Shown one piece after another: positions 28,432-39,037 of a stretch of DNA of 64,000 nucleotides. Positions within the stretch are counted from its first letter, which is position 1. Each line of letters starts with the position of its first letter. The translations under genes and the position numbers were made by a program. Source of the stretch: an uncultured Chloroflexia bacterium (lineage in GTDB: Bacteria; Chloroflexota; Limnocylindria; Limnocylindrales; CSP1-4); contig CAWEZH010000003.1 in the NCBI GenBank assembly GCA_963813535.1, positions 64,001-128,000 on the forward strand. The letters are read 5' to 3'. The notes under the pieces were generated by a model that was given only the letters and a program-made list of their open reading frames with translations, had not been told where the DNA came from and searched no databases.

Positions 28432-28968
28432 CTAGTCGATCTCTCGAAGGCTGAACTGCTGGGCATTGCCCATCTGGGCCCAGATCCGGGTCTGGGTCAC
28501 GGCGAGCATCTGGCGCACGTGGTTGCGGTCGTGGTGGACCCACTCCCCGAGCAGCTCGTCGACCCGCAGCTCGCCGACCTCGGGATGGGAGCCGCTCCGC
28601 GACAGGTCGTCGGGGCCCAGGCCACGCACCAGCGCGATCCCATCCTCGCGCAGGGCGATGAACTCGGCGATGAGCTCGTCGACCGGCCGGAGGTGGTCAC
28701 GGCGCGCCTCGGCGACGGCCGGCGGGTCCCACGCCGCGAGCCGTGGCGGTGCACCAGGCGCGGCGGCGAGGATCGTCCGGATCCGACCGCCGAACCCGCG
28801 TTGGTCGGCCTCGATCAGGTGCCCGACGCACTCGCTCCCGCTCCATTCGCCGGCAGCGGGGCGCCAGCCGGCGTCCGGCCCGAGACCACGCAGCTCCTCG
28901 GCGACGGTGACCGCGGTCGCAGCAAGCAGATCCGCGATCGTCGACGGCGTGAGCGGCGAGTCGCTCAA
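28432..28968 (-). CDS. DinB family protein
   Basis: EWSGSECVGHL, WD, G.HPEVG, HHDRNHVRQ; TTG start after AGGAGG. Confidence 0.85.
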   Translation of the reverse strand: MSDSPLTPSTIADLLAATAVTVAEELRGLGPDAGWRPAAGEWSGSECVGHLIEADQRGFGGRIRTILAAAPGAPPRLAAWDPPAVAEARRDHLRPVDELIAEFIALREDGIALVRGLGPDDLSRSGSHPEVGELRVDELLGEWVHHDRNHVRQMLAVTQTRIWAQMGNAQQFSLREID

Positions 28969-30917
28969 GATCCCCTCCTGCCCCGCATGCGGTATCCGAC
29001 CATCATCAGGATGAGCCCGCCGATCGCGGCAAGCGTACCGGCCAGACCCAGCGTGACCGTTCCAGCTGAGTAGCGCATCGGGCTGCCCGCAGCCTGGGAC
29101 GGCGATGGCGACGCGACGGCGGTCGAACCCGGTCCGGGCGAGGCGATCGACGGACTCGGCGTCGCGGACGTCCCGACCGGCACGAGGTCGAGGTACGCCT
29201 GGACGCCGCTCGTGAACAGGCTCACGCCCCCGTCGCGCGGCTGGGTGGTCCAGCCCTCGAAACGGTCGGTGCGATGGGCGTGCAGCTCGTCGTCGTAGAA
29301 CAGGACGAGGTATGGCGCGTCGTCGTACGCGAGGTCCTGCATCTGCCCGACGATCGACCGGCGCCCGTCGACGGTGGCCGCGCGTCGCTGTGCCTCGAAC
29401 AGCCGGTCGTACGCCGGGTTCGAATAGTTGCTGTCGCTCCACCCGCCGATCTCCGACGTCGTCAGCAGCGAGAGCAGGAAATCCGGGTCGGGTGAACCGG
29501 TCCATCCCCATAGCTCGACGTCGTACTCGGCGGTGCCGCCCGCTTCGGGCACGTACAGCTGCTCGGCGAGCGTCTCGGGGTCGAGGCCCTTGGCCGTGAC
29601 CCCGATCCCCACGCGCTCCCAGTCGGCGGCGACGGCTACGGCCGAGGCCGCGTACTTCCGATCCGAGGTGGGATAGAAGAGCCGCAGCTCGATCGGACGC
29701 CCATCGAGATCCTCGCGAACGCCATCGCCATCCGTGTCGCGGTAGCCGGCGGCTTCGAGCCTCTCGCGCGCTTCGGGGGGGTCGAAGCGACGCGGACTCG
29801 ACGGTTCGGCGTGGAACTGGACGACACCCGGTGGGACCGTCGTCGAACCCGGTGTCGCGTGGCCGGCGACGGCGGCGTCGATGATCTCGTCGAGGTCGAG
29901 CGCATACCCCAGAGCGTCACGGAACGTCGGGTCCCGAACCGCCGCAGTCGAGGCGCCGCCGCCATCGATCTCCTTGTCATACACGTTGAACGCCAGGTGT
30001 GTGTAGCCCGACGCGAGTCCCTCGACAGCGACGATGGCGGCCTCCTCGTCGAGCGGCTCGACGTCGGCGGCGGCGATGTCCCGCGCGTAGTCGATCTCGC
30101 CACGTCGGAGGGCGGCGGCCATCGCCGACTGGTCCGGGTAGAACCGGAACTCGACCTCCTCGATATACGGCCGTTTGCCCCAGTACTGCGGGTTCCGCAG
30201 GAAACGCGCCGATGTGCCGCGCTGCCATTCGACCGCCTGGAACGGTCCGCTGCCGACGACCGGTGGTGCCGCCTGGAAGTCGGTCGCGGCGCGGGCGAAC
30301 GGCACGGTCGACCAGACATGCGCCGGCAGGATCGGCACCAGGGCGCCGAGCAGCAGCGTCGTCGGCTCGACCGTGGTCAGCCTGACCGTGCGATCGTCGA
30401 CGAGCTCGACCGATCGCAGGCCGACAGCGTCGACCAGCACGTCGCCGTACAGCGAGAGCGGGTGGTCCGGCAGGCGGTCGCCGCGTGTCGCGCCCGCGCG
30501 CGGCAGGTCGTTCCCCTCGGGCGCCCATGGCCCGATATAGGCCGGATCCATGCTCGCGAGGATGTACTGGAACGTGAAGGCCACGTCGTTGGCATCGGCG
30601 AGACCGCCGTCCGACCAGCGCATCCCGTCGCGGATGGTGAACGTCCACGTCGTGCCGTCCTGCGACCAGCTCTCGGCGAAGCCGGTCGGTGCGTACTCGA
30701 GCTCCGGACCGAGGCCCACCAGGACGTCGTAGTCGAGGTTGGTCGCCTCAGCCGACGAGCCGATGAACGCGAGGTTCGGATTGAGCGAGTCGAACTCCTC
30801 GGTGGTCCCGACCCGCAGGATGCGGTCCGCATCGGCCGCCCCGACCCTCGCGGGCGCGGTCGCGACCATCGCGCCGAACCAGACGAGCACCAGGATCCTG
30901 ACCGCACGGCGAGGCAT
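28965..30917 (-). CDS. ABC family 5 solute-binding protein with C-terminal TM anchor (copy 2)
   Basis: WSDG..A.DVAFT, VVGSGPF, D.TFRDAL; S/P linker then TM and basic tail. Confidence 0.9.
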   Translation of the reverse strand: MPRRAVRILVLVWFGAMVATAPARVGAADADRILRVGTTEEFDSLNPNLAFIGSSAEATNLDYDVLVGLGPELEYAPTGFAESWSQDGTTWTFTIRDGMRWSDGGLADANDVAFTFQYILASMDPAYIGPWAPEGNDLPRAGATRGDRLPDHPLSLYGDVLVDAVGLRSVELVDDRTVRLTTVEPTTLLLGALVPILPAHVWSTVPFARAATDFQAAPPVVGSGPFQAVEWQRGTSARFLRNPQYWGKRPYIEEVEFRFYPDQSAMAAALRRGEIDYARDIAAADVEPLDEEAAIVAVEGLASGYTHLAFNVYDKEIDGGGASTAAVRDPTFRDALGYALDLDEIIDAAVAGHATPGSTTVPPGVVQFHAEPSSPRRFDPPEARERLEAAGYRDTDGDGVREDLDGRPIELRLFYPTSDRKYAASAVAVAADWERVGIGVTAKGLDPETLAEQLYVPEAGGTAEYDVELWGWTGSPDPDFLLSLLTTSEIGGWSDSNYSNPAYDRLFEAQRRAATVDGRRSIVGQMQDLAYDDAPYLVLFYDDELHAHRTDRFEGWTTQPRDGGVSLFTSGVQAYLDLVPVGTSATPSPSIASPGPGSTAVASPSPSQAAGSPMRYSAGTVTLGLAGTLAAIGGLILMMVGYRMRGRRGS

Positions 30918-30984
30918 GGTCGGCGAGTATGCCCCGGGTCCGTGACTCAGGCCGTCGATCCCGTGCCGGCCGCCTTCGTCCCGC

Positions 30985-32040
30985 TCACGTCGATGGCGCC
31001 GCATCCACGACCGGCAATGCCCGGCCACCCTCGGCAACGGCGGGCTCGGCGAGCCAGCATGCCGATGCGTGTCCGTCGCCCAGGTCGAACAGCGGTGGCG
31101 ACTCGATCCGGCAGCGGTCGAATGCCTTCGGGCAGCGCGGGTGGAACCGGCAGCCCGTCGGGATGTGCACCGCGTCGGGCGTCTCGCCCTTCAGGATCGT
31201 CCGGCCGGACCGCTCGCCCTTCTGGGGAGGTTCCGGCGACGGCGATACCGAGACCAGGGCCTCGGTGTACGGGTTCCGCGGGTCCCTGATGACGTGCTCG
31301 GCCGTGCCGATCTCCATGATCCGGCCGAGGTACATGACCGCGATGCGGTCGGCGATCACCCACGCGAGCGACAGGTCGTGGGTGATGAACAGGTAGGTCA
31401 GGCCGCGCTCGCGTCGAAGGTCGAGCATGAGCCGCAGGAGCTCGGTCCGGATCGACACGTCGAGCATCGACACCGGCTCGTCCGCGACGATCACCTCCGG
31501 GTCCATGACCAGCGCTCCGGCGATCACCACCCGCTGCCGCTGGCCGCCGGACAGTTCGTGGGGGAAGCGGGATGCGTATTCGGCCGCCGGCCGGAGTCCG
31601 GCGGCGTCGAGCGCGGCGAGCACCGTCGCCCGGCGCTCCGAGGCCGATCCGATGCCGTTCACCTTCAGCGGCTCTGCCACGAAGTCGAAGATCGTCTGCT
31701 TGGGATCGAGCGTCTCGTACGGATCCTGGAAGATGACCTGGACCCGGCGGCGGTAGTCGCGCAGCTCCCGCCCCGACCATAGGCCACTGACGTCCCGACC
31801 CTCGAACGTGATCGTCCCGGCTGTTTGCCGGGTCAGCTTCACGATGACTCGCCCGATCGTGGTCTTGCCGCTGCCCGACTCGCCGACCAGCGCGAGCACC
31901 TCACCACGGCGGAGGGTCAGGTCGACGCCGTCCACCGCTCGCACGGCCGCGGCCGGCTGACGCGTGAGCGTATCGAACAGGCCACCGCCGATCGGGAAGT
32001 GCACCTCGAGGCCATCGAGCCGGAGCAGGTCGTCCGTCAT
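30985..32040 (-). CDS. Dpp/Opp ABC ATPase (DppF-like)
   Basis: GESGSGKTT, HELSGGQRQR, DEPVSMLD, GCRFHPRCP. Confidence 0.93.
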   Translation of the reverse strand: MTDDLLRLDGLEVHFPIGGGLFDTLTRQPAAAVRAVDGVDLTLRRGEVLALVGESGSGKTTIGRVIVKLTRQTAGTITFEGRDVSGLWSGRELRDYRRRVQVIFQDPYETLDPKQTIFDFVAEPLKVNGIGSASERRATVLAALDAAGLRPAAEYASRFPHELSGGQRQRVVIAGALVMDPEVIVADEPVSMLDVSIRTELLRLMLDLRRERGLTYLFITHDLSLAWVIADRIAVMYLGRIMEIGTAEHVIRDPRNPYTEALVSVSPSPEPPQKGERSGRTILKGETPDAVHIPTGCRFHPRCPKAFDRCRIESPPLFDLGDGHASACWLAEPAVAEGGRALPVVDAAPST

Positions 32041-33224
32041 CCGGCGACCGTCGTGGCCGGGTCGTCGATCGCTGCCGGCGCCGGCACCGTGACCGGGATG
32101 CCGTCGCTCCCGGCCGGGTAGAGATGGCACGCGACGCGCACGCCGTCGAACGTCACCTCCGGTGGCACGACCTCTCGGCACACGTCCATCGCGAACGGGC
32201 AGCGCGGGGCGAACCGGCAGCCCGGCGGCGGGTCGCGCAGGTCCGGCGGGGACCCCGGGATCATGTCGAGCGTGCGGCGGTCAGCGTGGATGTTGGGGAA
32301 GGCCGCCATGAGCTTCTGCGTATACGGATGACGCGGCCGCCGGAACACCTCGTCGACCGGCCCCTCCTCGGCGACCCGACCGGCGTACATCACCATCACC
32401 CGGTCACAGGTCTCGGCGATGACCGACAGATCGTGCGTGATGAGGATCAACGACAGCCCGAGCTTGTGCCGGAGGTCCTCGAGCAGCTCCAGGATCTGGG
32501 CCTGGACCATCACGTCGAGGGCGGTCGTCGGCTCGTCGCCGATGATCACGGCCGGGTCACAGGCGAGGGCCATGGCGATCATCGCTCGCTGCCGCATCCC
32601 GCCCGACAGCTGGTGGGGATACGCGTCGCCCCGCTTCCGCGGGATGCCGACGAGCTCGAGCAGGTCGTCTGCCCGCTTCCGGGCGGCCTTCGGCGACTCG
32701 CCGAGCCGCTCCTCGATCGGTTCGGCGATCTGGTCGCGGATGCGGCTGACCGGGTTGAGGGCATTCATCGCGCCCTGGAACACGATGCTGACCTCGCGCC
32801 AGCGATAGCGGCGGAGTGCGTTCTCGCTCTTGGGCACGAGGTCGATGCCCATCAGGTTGATGCTGCCCGACACGATGCGGGCGTTCGACGGGAGGATGCG
32901 CACGAGCGACAGGGCGGTCGTCGTCTTGCCACAGCCCGACTCCCCGGCGATCCCGAGAGCCTCGCCGTGGTCCAGCCGGAACGACACGCCGTCGACGGCC
33001 CGGACCGTGCCCGATCCGACCGTGAAATGGGTGCGCAGGTCGTCCACCACCAGGAGCGGCGCAGCCGGGTCGGCGAGCTTGGGCAGCGGGCGCTCGCGGC
33101 GCCTGATCGCCGTGGTCACGGCCGTCGTGGCACCGATGTCGACCAGCGGCTCCTCGAGCTCTTCCGGTTCGACGTCCGGAGGCGTGATGCCGTCGCGTGC
33201 GGAGGGCGGGATCGGCAGGCTCAT
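32037..33224 (-). CDS. Dpp/Opp ABC ATPase (DppD-like)
   Basis: GESGCGKTT, HQLSGGMRQR, DEPTTALD, GCRFAPRC. Confidence 0.93.
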   Translation of the reverse strand: MSLPIPPSARDGITPPDVEPEELEEPLVDIGATTAVTTAIRRRERPLPKLADPAAPLLVVDDLRTHFTVGSGTVRAVDGVSFRLDHGEALGIAGESGCGKTTTALSLVRILPSNARIVSGSINLMGIDLVPKSENALRRYRWREVSIVFQGAMNALNPVSRIRDQIAEPIEERLGESPKAARKRADDLLELVGIPRKRGDAYPHQLSGGMRQRAMIAMALACDPAVIIGDEPTTALDVMVQAQILELLEDLRHKLGLSLILITHDLSVIAETCDRVMVMYAGRVAEEGPVDEVFRRPRHPYTQKLMAAFPNIHADRRTLDMIPGSPPDLRDPPPGCRFAPRCPFAMDVCREVVPPEVTFDGVRVACHLYPAGSDGIPVTVPAPAAIDDPATTVAG

Positions 33225-34159
33225 CGGCGATGCCGCCGGCGAGGGTTGAGCAGGTCGTCGAGGGCCGTCCCGAGCAACGTGAACGCGAACACCACCAGCA
33301 CGATGCACAGACCGGGCGGGACGAAGTACCACCACGCTCCGAGATTCGGCGCCCCGACTTCCTCGGCGGCATTGAGGATCTGGCCCCATGACGGCTGGAA
33401 GGGGTCGCCGAGGCCGACGAACGACAGCGTCGTCTCGGTCAGCACCGCACCGGCGAAGACGAGGACGGCGTTCGCGACGAGCAGGTTCACCACGTTCGGC
33501 AGGATGTGGTGGTTGACGATATGCAGCCTGCCCGCCCCGATGACCCGGGCCCGGTCGACGAACGGCCGCTCCTTGAGCGACAGGGTCTGGGCGCGCAGGA
33601 TGCGCGCGGTCGATGCCCAGCTCGTGATCCCGACCACGATGACGATGACGATGAGTGTCGTCCGCACGCCGAGCACGACACTCCCCGTCCCGATCACGTC
33701 GGCGATGATCGGCGCCAGGATCAACGCCAGCACGAACGTGGGCAGCACCAGGAAGAAGTCCGTGATGCGCATCAGCGTGGAGTCGGTGCGCCCGCCCACG
33801 AACCCGCCGACGATGCCGATGACGCCGCCGAGGGACACGGTGATCACGGTGGCGAGCAGCCCGATGATCATCGAGATCCGCGTGCCGTGGACAGTCAGGT
33901 TCAGGATGCTCCGACCGATCTCATCGGTCCCCAGCGGGAACTGGGCCGAGGGTGGCTCGAGCCGCCCGCCGGTGGCCGTGACGGCGGTCTGCAGCGGGCC
34001 GACGAGCAGGTCGGGGATCGCCGCGAGGATCGTGAAGACGACAAGGATGGCCAGGCCGAACAACCCGTCCGGCCGGCCGACGATCCGGCGGAGCAGATGC
34101 TCCGATGGTGCGGCCGGCGCGAGCGGCGCGAGGTCGACGGTCGCGGCGGGTGTCGTCAT
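33221..34159 (-). CDS. Dpp/Opp ABC permease (DppC-like)
   Basis: PLGTDEIGRS, FVDRARVIGA..HILPN, SWGQIL. Confidence 0.9.
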   Translation of the reverse strand: MTTPAATVDLAPLAPAAPSEHLLRRIVGRPDGLFGLAILVVFTILAAIPDLLVGPLQTAVTATGGRLEPPSAQFPLGTDEIGRSILNLTVHGTRISMIIGLLATVITVSLGGVIGIVGGFVGGRTDSTLMRITDFFLVLPTFVLALILAPIIADVIGTGSVVLGVRTTLIVIVIVVGITSWASTARILRAQTLSLKERPFVDRARVIGAGRLHIVNHHILPNVVNLLVANAVLVFAGAVLTETTLSFVGLGDPFQPSWGQILNAAEEVGAPNLGAWWYFVPPGLCIVLVVFAFTLLGTALDDLLNPRRRHRR

Positions 34160-35131
34160 GAGCGAACCCGCGGATCGAGCCGGCCGTAGATCATGTCGGC
34201 CCCCAGGTTCGCCAGCACGACCGAGACACTCAACACCAGGAAGATCCCCTGGAGGACCGTGTAGTCGCGACCCTTCAGGGCGTCGACGGTCAACGTCCCC
34301 AGGCCCGGCCAGTTGAAGACCACTTCGACCGTGATGGCGCCGGCGACCACGTAGCCGAGGTTGATGGCGATCAGCGACACCGTCGGCAGCATGGCGTTGG
34401 GCAGGGCGTGCGTCCGCAGGATGCGCCGTTCCGAGATGCCCTTCGCTCGGGCGGTGGTGATGTACTCGTCGGACAGGGTCTCGATGATCGACGAGCGCAT
34501 CAGGATCGAGTACTGGCCGATGAGCCCGAGGGCCACCGTCGCGACCGGCAGCACCAGATGCGACAGGAGGTCGGCGAGGTATTCGAGCGGGGAATCGAAC
34601 TGCGCACCGAGCGAGTGCATCCCGAAGGACGGGAACCAGTGGAGCGTCGAGGCGAAGATCAGCAGCAGGATCATGCCGAGCAGGAAGTACGGCATCGAAT
34701 AGAGGATCAACGAGACGCCGTTGCCGACGAGGTCGACCGGCCCACCGCGTTTCCAGCCGGCGTATGCGCCGAGGGCGAGCCCGATGCCGATCGCCAGGAT
34801 CTCGCCCAGGCCGAAGAGCAGCAGCGTCGGGCCGATACGGCTCGCGATGACCTCGGTCACCGGGTCGACCGCGCTGGCCGAATGACAAGCCGAGGTCGCC
34901 GGTCAGCGTGGCGCCGACGTAGCTGATCAACTGGTCCGGGATCAGCGGCTTGTCGATGCCCCACCGCTCACGGATCTGCTGGATCGCCTCGGGCGAGACG
35001 TTCGGGTTCCGGGCCAGGATCCGATCGGGCGAGCCGGGCATCGCCCGGAACAGGACGAAGTTGACGACGACGATCAGGAAGATCGTCAGCGCCGCCTGGC
35101 CGAGGCGCCGGATGACGAAGCGGGTCGCCAC
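34156..35131 (-). pseudogene. Dpp/Opp ABC permease (DppB-like) split by a 1-nt insertion at the GGG run 34862-34864
   Basis: N-terminal ..MPGSP..GDLGLSF continues as VTEVIASRIGPT..YITTARAKG..HALPNA in another frame; probably an assembly error. Confidence 0.8.
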
Positions 35132-35169
35132 GGCCGGCGCTCAGCCCGCGGACACCAGGTGGCTGCTCG

Positions 35170-37089
35170 TCACTCCTCTTCGGTCGCTTTCGTGCCGCGC
35201 TGGCGCATGATCACGCCACCGACGATCACGGCCAGGAGAATGGCGCCGCCCACCAGCAACAGTCCGGTGTTCGATGACGACCCGCCTGTCGGTGTCCCGG
35301 TGCCGCCGTCGGTCGGTGAGGCGCCAGGCGACGCGGGGGCCGTGCCATCGCTCGGTGACGCACTCGGCTCCGATCCGGCGACGGTCAGGTTCGTGTACCC
35401 GATCGGGCCGAACCCGAACAGCGGGGTGCCGCTGTCCGGCGGCTGGTTCACCCATCCGCCGAAGCGATCGGTGCGATACGCGTGCAGTTCCGAATCGTAG
35501 TACAGGGGGATGTTGGGGACCTCGGCGTAGAAGAGCTCCTGCATCTCCTGGAGCATGGCCTTGCGCGCCGTGTCGTCGAGCGTGTGGCCCTGTTCGGCGA
35601 ACAGCTCGTCGAAACGGGCGTTCGACCAGAACGTGTCGCTCGAGCCACCGATCTGATCGGTGATGAACGGCTCGAGCAGCGAGGTCGGGTCGACGTCCCC
35701 GACCCAGCCCCACATGTACGTGTCGAAATCGGCCTTGCCGGGCGGGTCGTACTCCGGCGGCGTCAGGTCGACGAGCAACGTGTCGTCATCGGTGACACCG
35801 GCGTCGACCTTGATGCCGAGCTGGCCCCACCACTCGGTGACGAACTGGGCCGCGGTCGCCAGCTCCGATTCGGAGGCCGGCCATGTCATCCGCAGATTGA
35901 TCGGCTTGCCATCCTTGTCGAGGCGCTGCCCGGAGGCATCCTTGACGTAGCCTGCCGCGGTCAGCTTCTCGTCGGCCTTGGTGAGGTCGAAGCTGCGCTG
36001 GACGTCCGCCGCTGGCGGGACGTACCACTTGGCCTGATAGGGCGGCAGGAGGCTGGTGCCCGGTGTGCCGTGCCCTGCGAGGACGCGGTCGACGAGCTGG
36101 GGCAGGTCGACGGCCCACGCGAGGGCGTCGCGGAACGCCGGGTCGGCGACCGCCGTGGTCGACGCGCCGCCATCGGGGATCGGCTTCGAGTAGCCGTTGA
36201 ACGTCAGGTACGAGTAGCCGTTCGCGGCGCCCTCGACCGTCACGATGTCAGGCTGGCCGGCGAGCGAGTCGAACGCGTCCGCGCTGACGCCGCGGGCGTA
36301 GTCGATCTCGCCATTGCGCAACGCCTGGACCATCGTGTCGTTGTTCTCGAAGTGGGTGATGATCAATTCCTCGGCCGCGCCCTGCTTGCCCCAGTAGTTC
36401 GGGTTGCGGGCGAAGCGCATGAACTGCCCGGGCTCGAACTCGACGGCCGTGTACGGACCAGTCCCGACCACGGGCGGGTCGTTGGCGAAGAAGCCCTCGG
36501 CTTCGGCGTTGGCGATCTGCTCGAGGGTGTACTTCTCCCAGATGTGCTTGGGCAGGACCGGGACATAGGCGGCCAGCAGCAACGGCGTGGGCTCAGCCGT
36601 CTCGACGACGAGCGTCGTTGGATCCGTCGCCTCCGCGGACGTCACTCCGGCCGACTTGACATAGCCATCGAGATAGCCGGACCCGAGCGTGACTTCATCG
36701 GCCAGCGCCCCGAGGACGAGCTGGTAGGTCCAGGCGGCATCCTCGGCGGTCGCCGCCTCGCCGTCGGACCACTTCATCCCGGGCCGGATCTTGAACGTCG
36801 TGGTCCTGCCGTCGTCCGAGGTCGTCCACGATTCGGCGAAACCGCCCGTATAGCCGAGATCCTGGTCGTAGCCCACGAGCAGGTCGTAGTTGAGGGTGAA
36901 GACCTCGTAGTCGAGGACATACACCGCCTGCCACGGGTTGAGCCCCTGGAACTCCTGGTCCGTACCGACCCGAAGGATCAGGTCGTCGGCGGCGGCCTGC
37001 ACGCTGGCGGTGGCCGGCGCGAGTGCGGCCGCGATCAGGCCGACGATGGCCAGGATTCGGCCCGACCGGGCACGGATCGTCGAACGCAT
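35170..37089 (-). CDS. ABC family 5 solute-binding protein with C-terminal TM anchor (copy 1)
   Basis: GGAGGAG RBS; Sec signal; KWSDGEAATAED, VVGTGPY; C-terminal LLLVGGAILLAVIVGGVIMRQR. Confidence 0.92.
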   Translation of the reverse strand: MRSTIRARSGRILAIVGLIAAALAPATASVQAAADDLILRVGTDQEFQGLNPWQAVYVLDYEVFTLNYDLLVGYDQDLGYTGGFAESWTTSDDGRTTTFKIRPGMKWSDGEAATAEDAAWTYQLVLGALADEVTLGSGYLDGYVKSAGVTSAEATDPTTLVVETAEPTPLLLAAYVPVLPKHIWEKYTLEQIANAEAEGFFANDPPVVGTGPYTAVEFEPGQFMRFARNPNYWGKQGAAEELIITHFENNDTMVQALRNGEIDYARGVSADAFDSLAGQPDIVTVEGAANGYSYLTFNGYSKPIPDGGASTTAVADPAFRDALAWAVDLPQLVDRVLAGHGTPGTSLLPPYQAKWYVPPAADVQRSFDLTKADEKLTAAGYVKDASGQRLDKDGKPINLRMTWPASESELATAAQFVTEWWGQLGIKVDAGVTDDDTLLVDLTPPEYDPPGKADFDTYMWGWVGDVDPTSLLEPFITDQIGGSSDTFWSNARFDELFAEQGHTLDDTARKAMLQEMQELFYAEVPNIPLYYDSELHAYRTDRFGGWVNQPPDSGTPLFGFGPIGYTNLTVAGSEPSASPSDGTAPASPGASPTDGGTGTPTGGSSSNTGLLLVGGAILLAVIVGGVIMRQRGTKATEEE

Positions 37090-37239
37090 CGACTCCTCCT
37101 CCAGGACGGTCCGACACCACTCCCTGGCGGACCGCCGTTCCTTCACCGATGGCGATCGTCGCCGGTCGGATCGGCGGTACCGTCGCACACGGCGCGGTCC
37201 CGTGCAAGGAATGGGCGCGCTTGACGCGCCGGACAGGCC

Positions 37240-38427
37240 TCAGACGAGCGGCTGCAGCCGTGCGTCGGGGTCCAGCAGGACGGGCCGGTCGATGCGGAAC
37301 GCCCCGATCTCCCCGTCCGACGGCGAGCTGCCGTCGAGCGCCAGCTCGACGAGGATCCGGCCGATGACCGAGGCGAATTTGAACCCGTGGGCGGCGCCCA
37401 GACCGACCAGGACACCCGGCGATCCGGGCAGTCGGTCGATCACGAAGTCACGCTCGGGAGTCAGGGTGTAGAGGCAGGTCTTGGTGTAGATGTCGGGTCC
37501 ACCGGCGTCCGGCAGGTGGGCGTCGACGAACGACATCACGCGATCGTGGATGGCCGGATCCGGGTCGAACGTCCGCGTCGCCGGCGTGACCGGCCGGCCG
37601 CCACAGTCCTGGGCGACCTTCGGTCCCACCTCGCCGTAGATCGGGAAGCCGTAGAAGGACGGGTCGTCCATCCAGATCCAGACCGGGAAGGACTCCGCAG
37701 CGAAGGGCGCCGGGTTCAGGGCGGCGAGGTAGGTGACCTGCTCCTGCGTCACGGTGAGCGGGAGTCGCCGATCGAACTGCGCGAGCAACTCGTTGGTCCA
37801 GGCGTCGGCGGCGAGGACGACTCGTCCCGCGCCGTACGTCGTCCCGCCCGCGTCGACCTCGTAGGCGCCTCCGACGTCGCGGATGGCAGTCACCGGTGTG
37901 TGCTCCCGCAGCGTGGCACCCTCGTCGAGCGCTCGCCCACGGTGAGCGACATTGCCGTGGTACGGGTCGGCGATGCCGCCCGACGCCTGGTACATGCCGG
38001 TCACGTCGGCGGGCAGCCGCCAGGCAGGCCAGCGCCGCATGATCTCGGCGGCGTCGAGCAACTCGTACGGCACGCCCTCGGCCGTGAGGCTGTCCGTGTA
38101 GTCCGCCTGCGCGATCGCCGGCTCGGCCGGCCACAGGTCGAGGCCACCGGTGACCGTGACGATCCGTTCATCCGCCTCGGCCTCGACGATCGCCCACGAC
38201 TCGTAGGCGCGCTTCGCCAGCCGGACGTAGTCGGGTCGGTGGTAGGACAGGCGGATGATGCGACTGTGGTCGGCCGACGCGCCGTTCGCATGGCCGAACT
38301 CGAACTGCTCCAGGCCGAGCACGCGGGTGCCCGGCCGGCTCGACGCCCAGTACGCGGCCGCCGACCCGATCGCTCCGAGGCCAACGACGACGACATCCCA
38401 GTCGATGTGGCGCCGTGCGAGGATCAT
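37240..38427 (-). CDS. solA: N-methyl-L-tryptophan oxidase / monomeric sarcosine oxidase
   Basis: VVVVGLGAIGS, HSRIIRLSY, TCLYTLTP, HGFKF. Confidence 0.85.
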   Translation of the reverse strand: MILARRHIDWDVVVVGLGAIGSAAAYWASSRPGTRVLGLEQFEFGHANGASADHSRIIRLSYHRPDYVRLAKRAYESWAIVEAEADERIVTVTGGLDLWPAEPAIAQADYTDSLTAEGVPYELLDAAEIMRRWPAWRLPADVTGMYQASGGIADPYHGNVAHRGRALDEGATLREHTPVTAIRDVGGAYEVDAGGTTYGAGRVVLAADAWTNELLAQFDRRLPLTVTQEQVTYLAALNPAPFAAESFPVWIWMDDPSFYGFPIYGEVGPKVAQDCGGRPVTPATRTFDPDPAIHDRVMSFVDAHLPDAGGPDIYTKTCLYTLTPERDFVIDRLPGSPGVLVGLGAAHGFKFASVIGRILVELALDGSSPSDGEIGAFRIDRPVLLDPDARLQPLV

Positions 38428-38969
38428 CGGCCGGTCGCCCGGTCAAGGGCCACCCACTGGATCGCGGCGACGCTCATGGCGTCGGTGATCCGGCCGTCGC
38501 GGACCATCTCGAGGGCCTCGTCGAAATGCACCCAGCGGAGGGTGATCGACTCGGTCGGCTCAGGGGTCGCCTCGCCGTGGCGGAGCCCACGCGCGATGAA
38601 CAGGACCGCCACTTCGTCGGTCACGGAGTTCGAGAGGTCAAGACGGCACAGCTCGCGCCAGTCGGACGCCTCGAGACCGGTCTCCTCGCGCAGCTCGCGC
38701 CGGATGCCCTCGAGTGGTGTCTCGGTCGGCGGCACGCCGCCCTCGGGGATCTCCCATGAGACCCGGTCGAGCGTGTAGCGATGTTGGCCGACCAGCGCGA
38801 TACGGTCCTCGTCGTCGAAGGCGATCACGCCAGCCGCCAGGCTCTCGAAGTGCACGACGCCATAGATGCCGGGGCTGCCATCCGGCCTCTCCACGTCGTC
38901 GTGCCAGACGGTGATCCACGCGTTCTCGTAGGCGACCCGACGGCTGTGCCGGACGAAACGACCCTCCAT
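38424..38969 (-). CDS. NUDIX hydrolase (ADP-ribose pyrophosphatase-like)
   Basis: WEIPEGG..EGIRRELREETG Nudix box; QHRY; ITDA. Confidence 0.9.
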   Translation of the reverse strand: MEGRFVRHSRRVAYENAWITVWHDDVERPDGSPGIYGVVHFESLAAGVIAFDDEDRIALVGQHRYTLDRVSWEIPEGGVPPTETPLEGIRRELREETGLEASDWRELCRLDLSNSVTDEVAVLFIARGLRHGEATPEPTESITLRWVHFDEALEMVRDGRITDAMSVAAIQWVALDRATGR

Positions 38970-39037
38970 CCCGGCATCGTCGCATGGCGCGAGCGGGCTC
39001 GTCGTGGCGTCGCGAGCGAGCCCTAGACTTCGCGGCC

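Noticed and set aside
33221-35131. Apparent 636-aa fused permease ORF
   Set aside because: Artefact of the 1-nt insertion near 34863 joining the DppB N-terminus to the DppC frame
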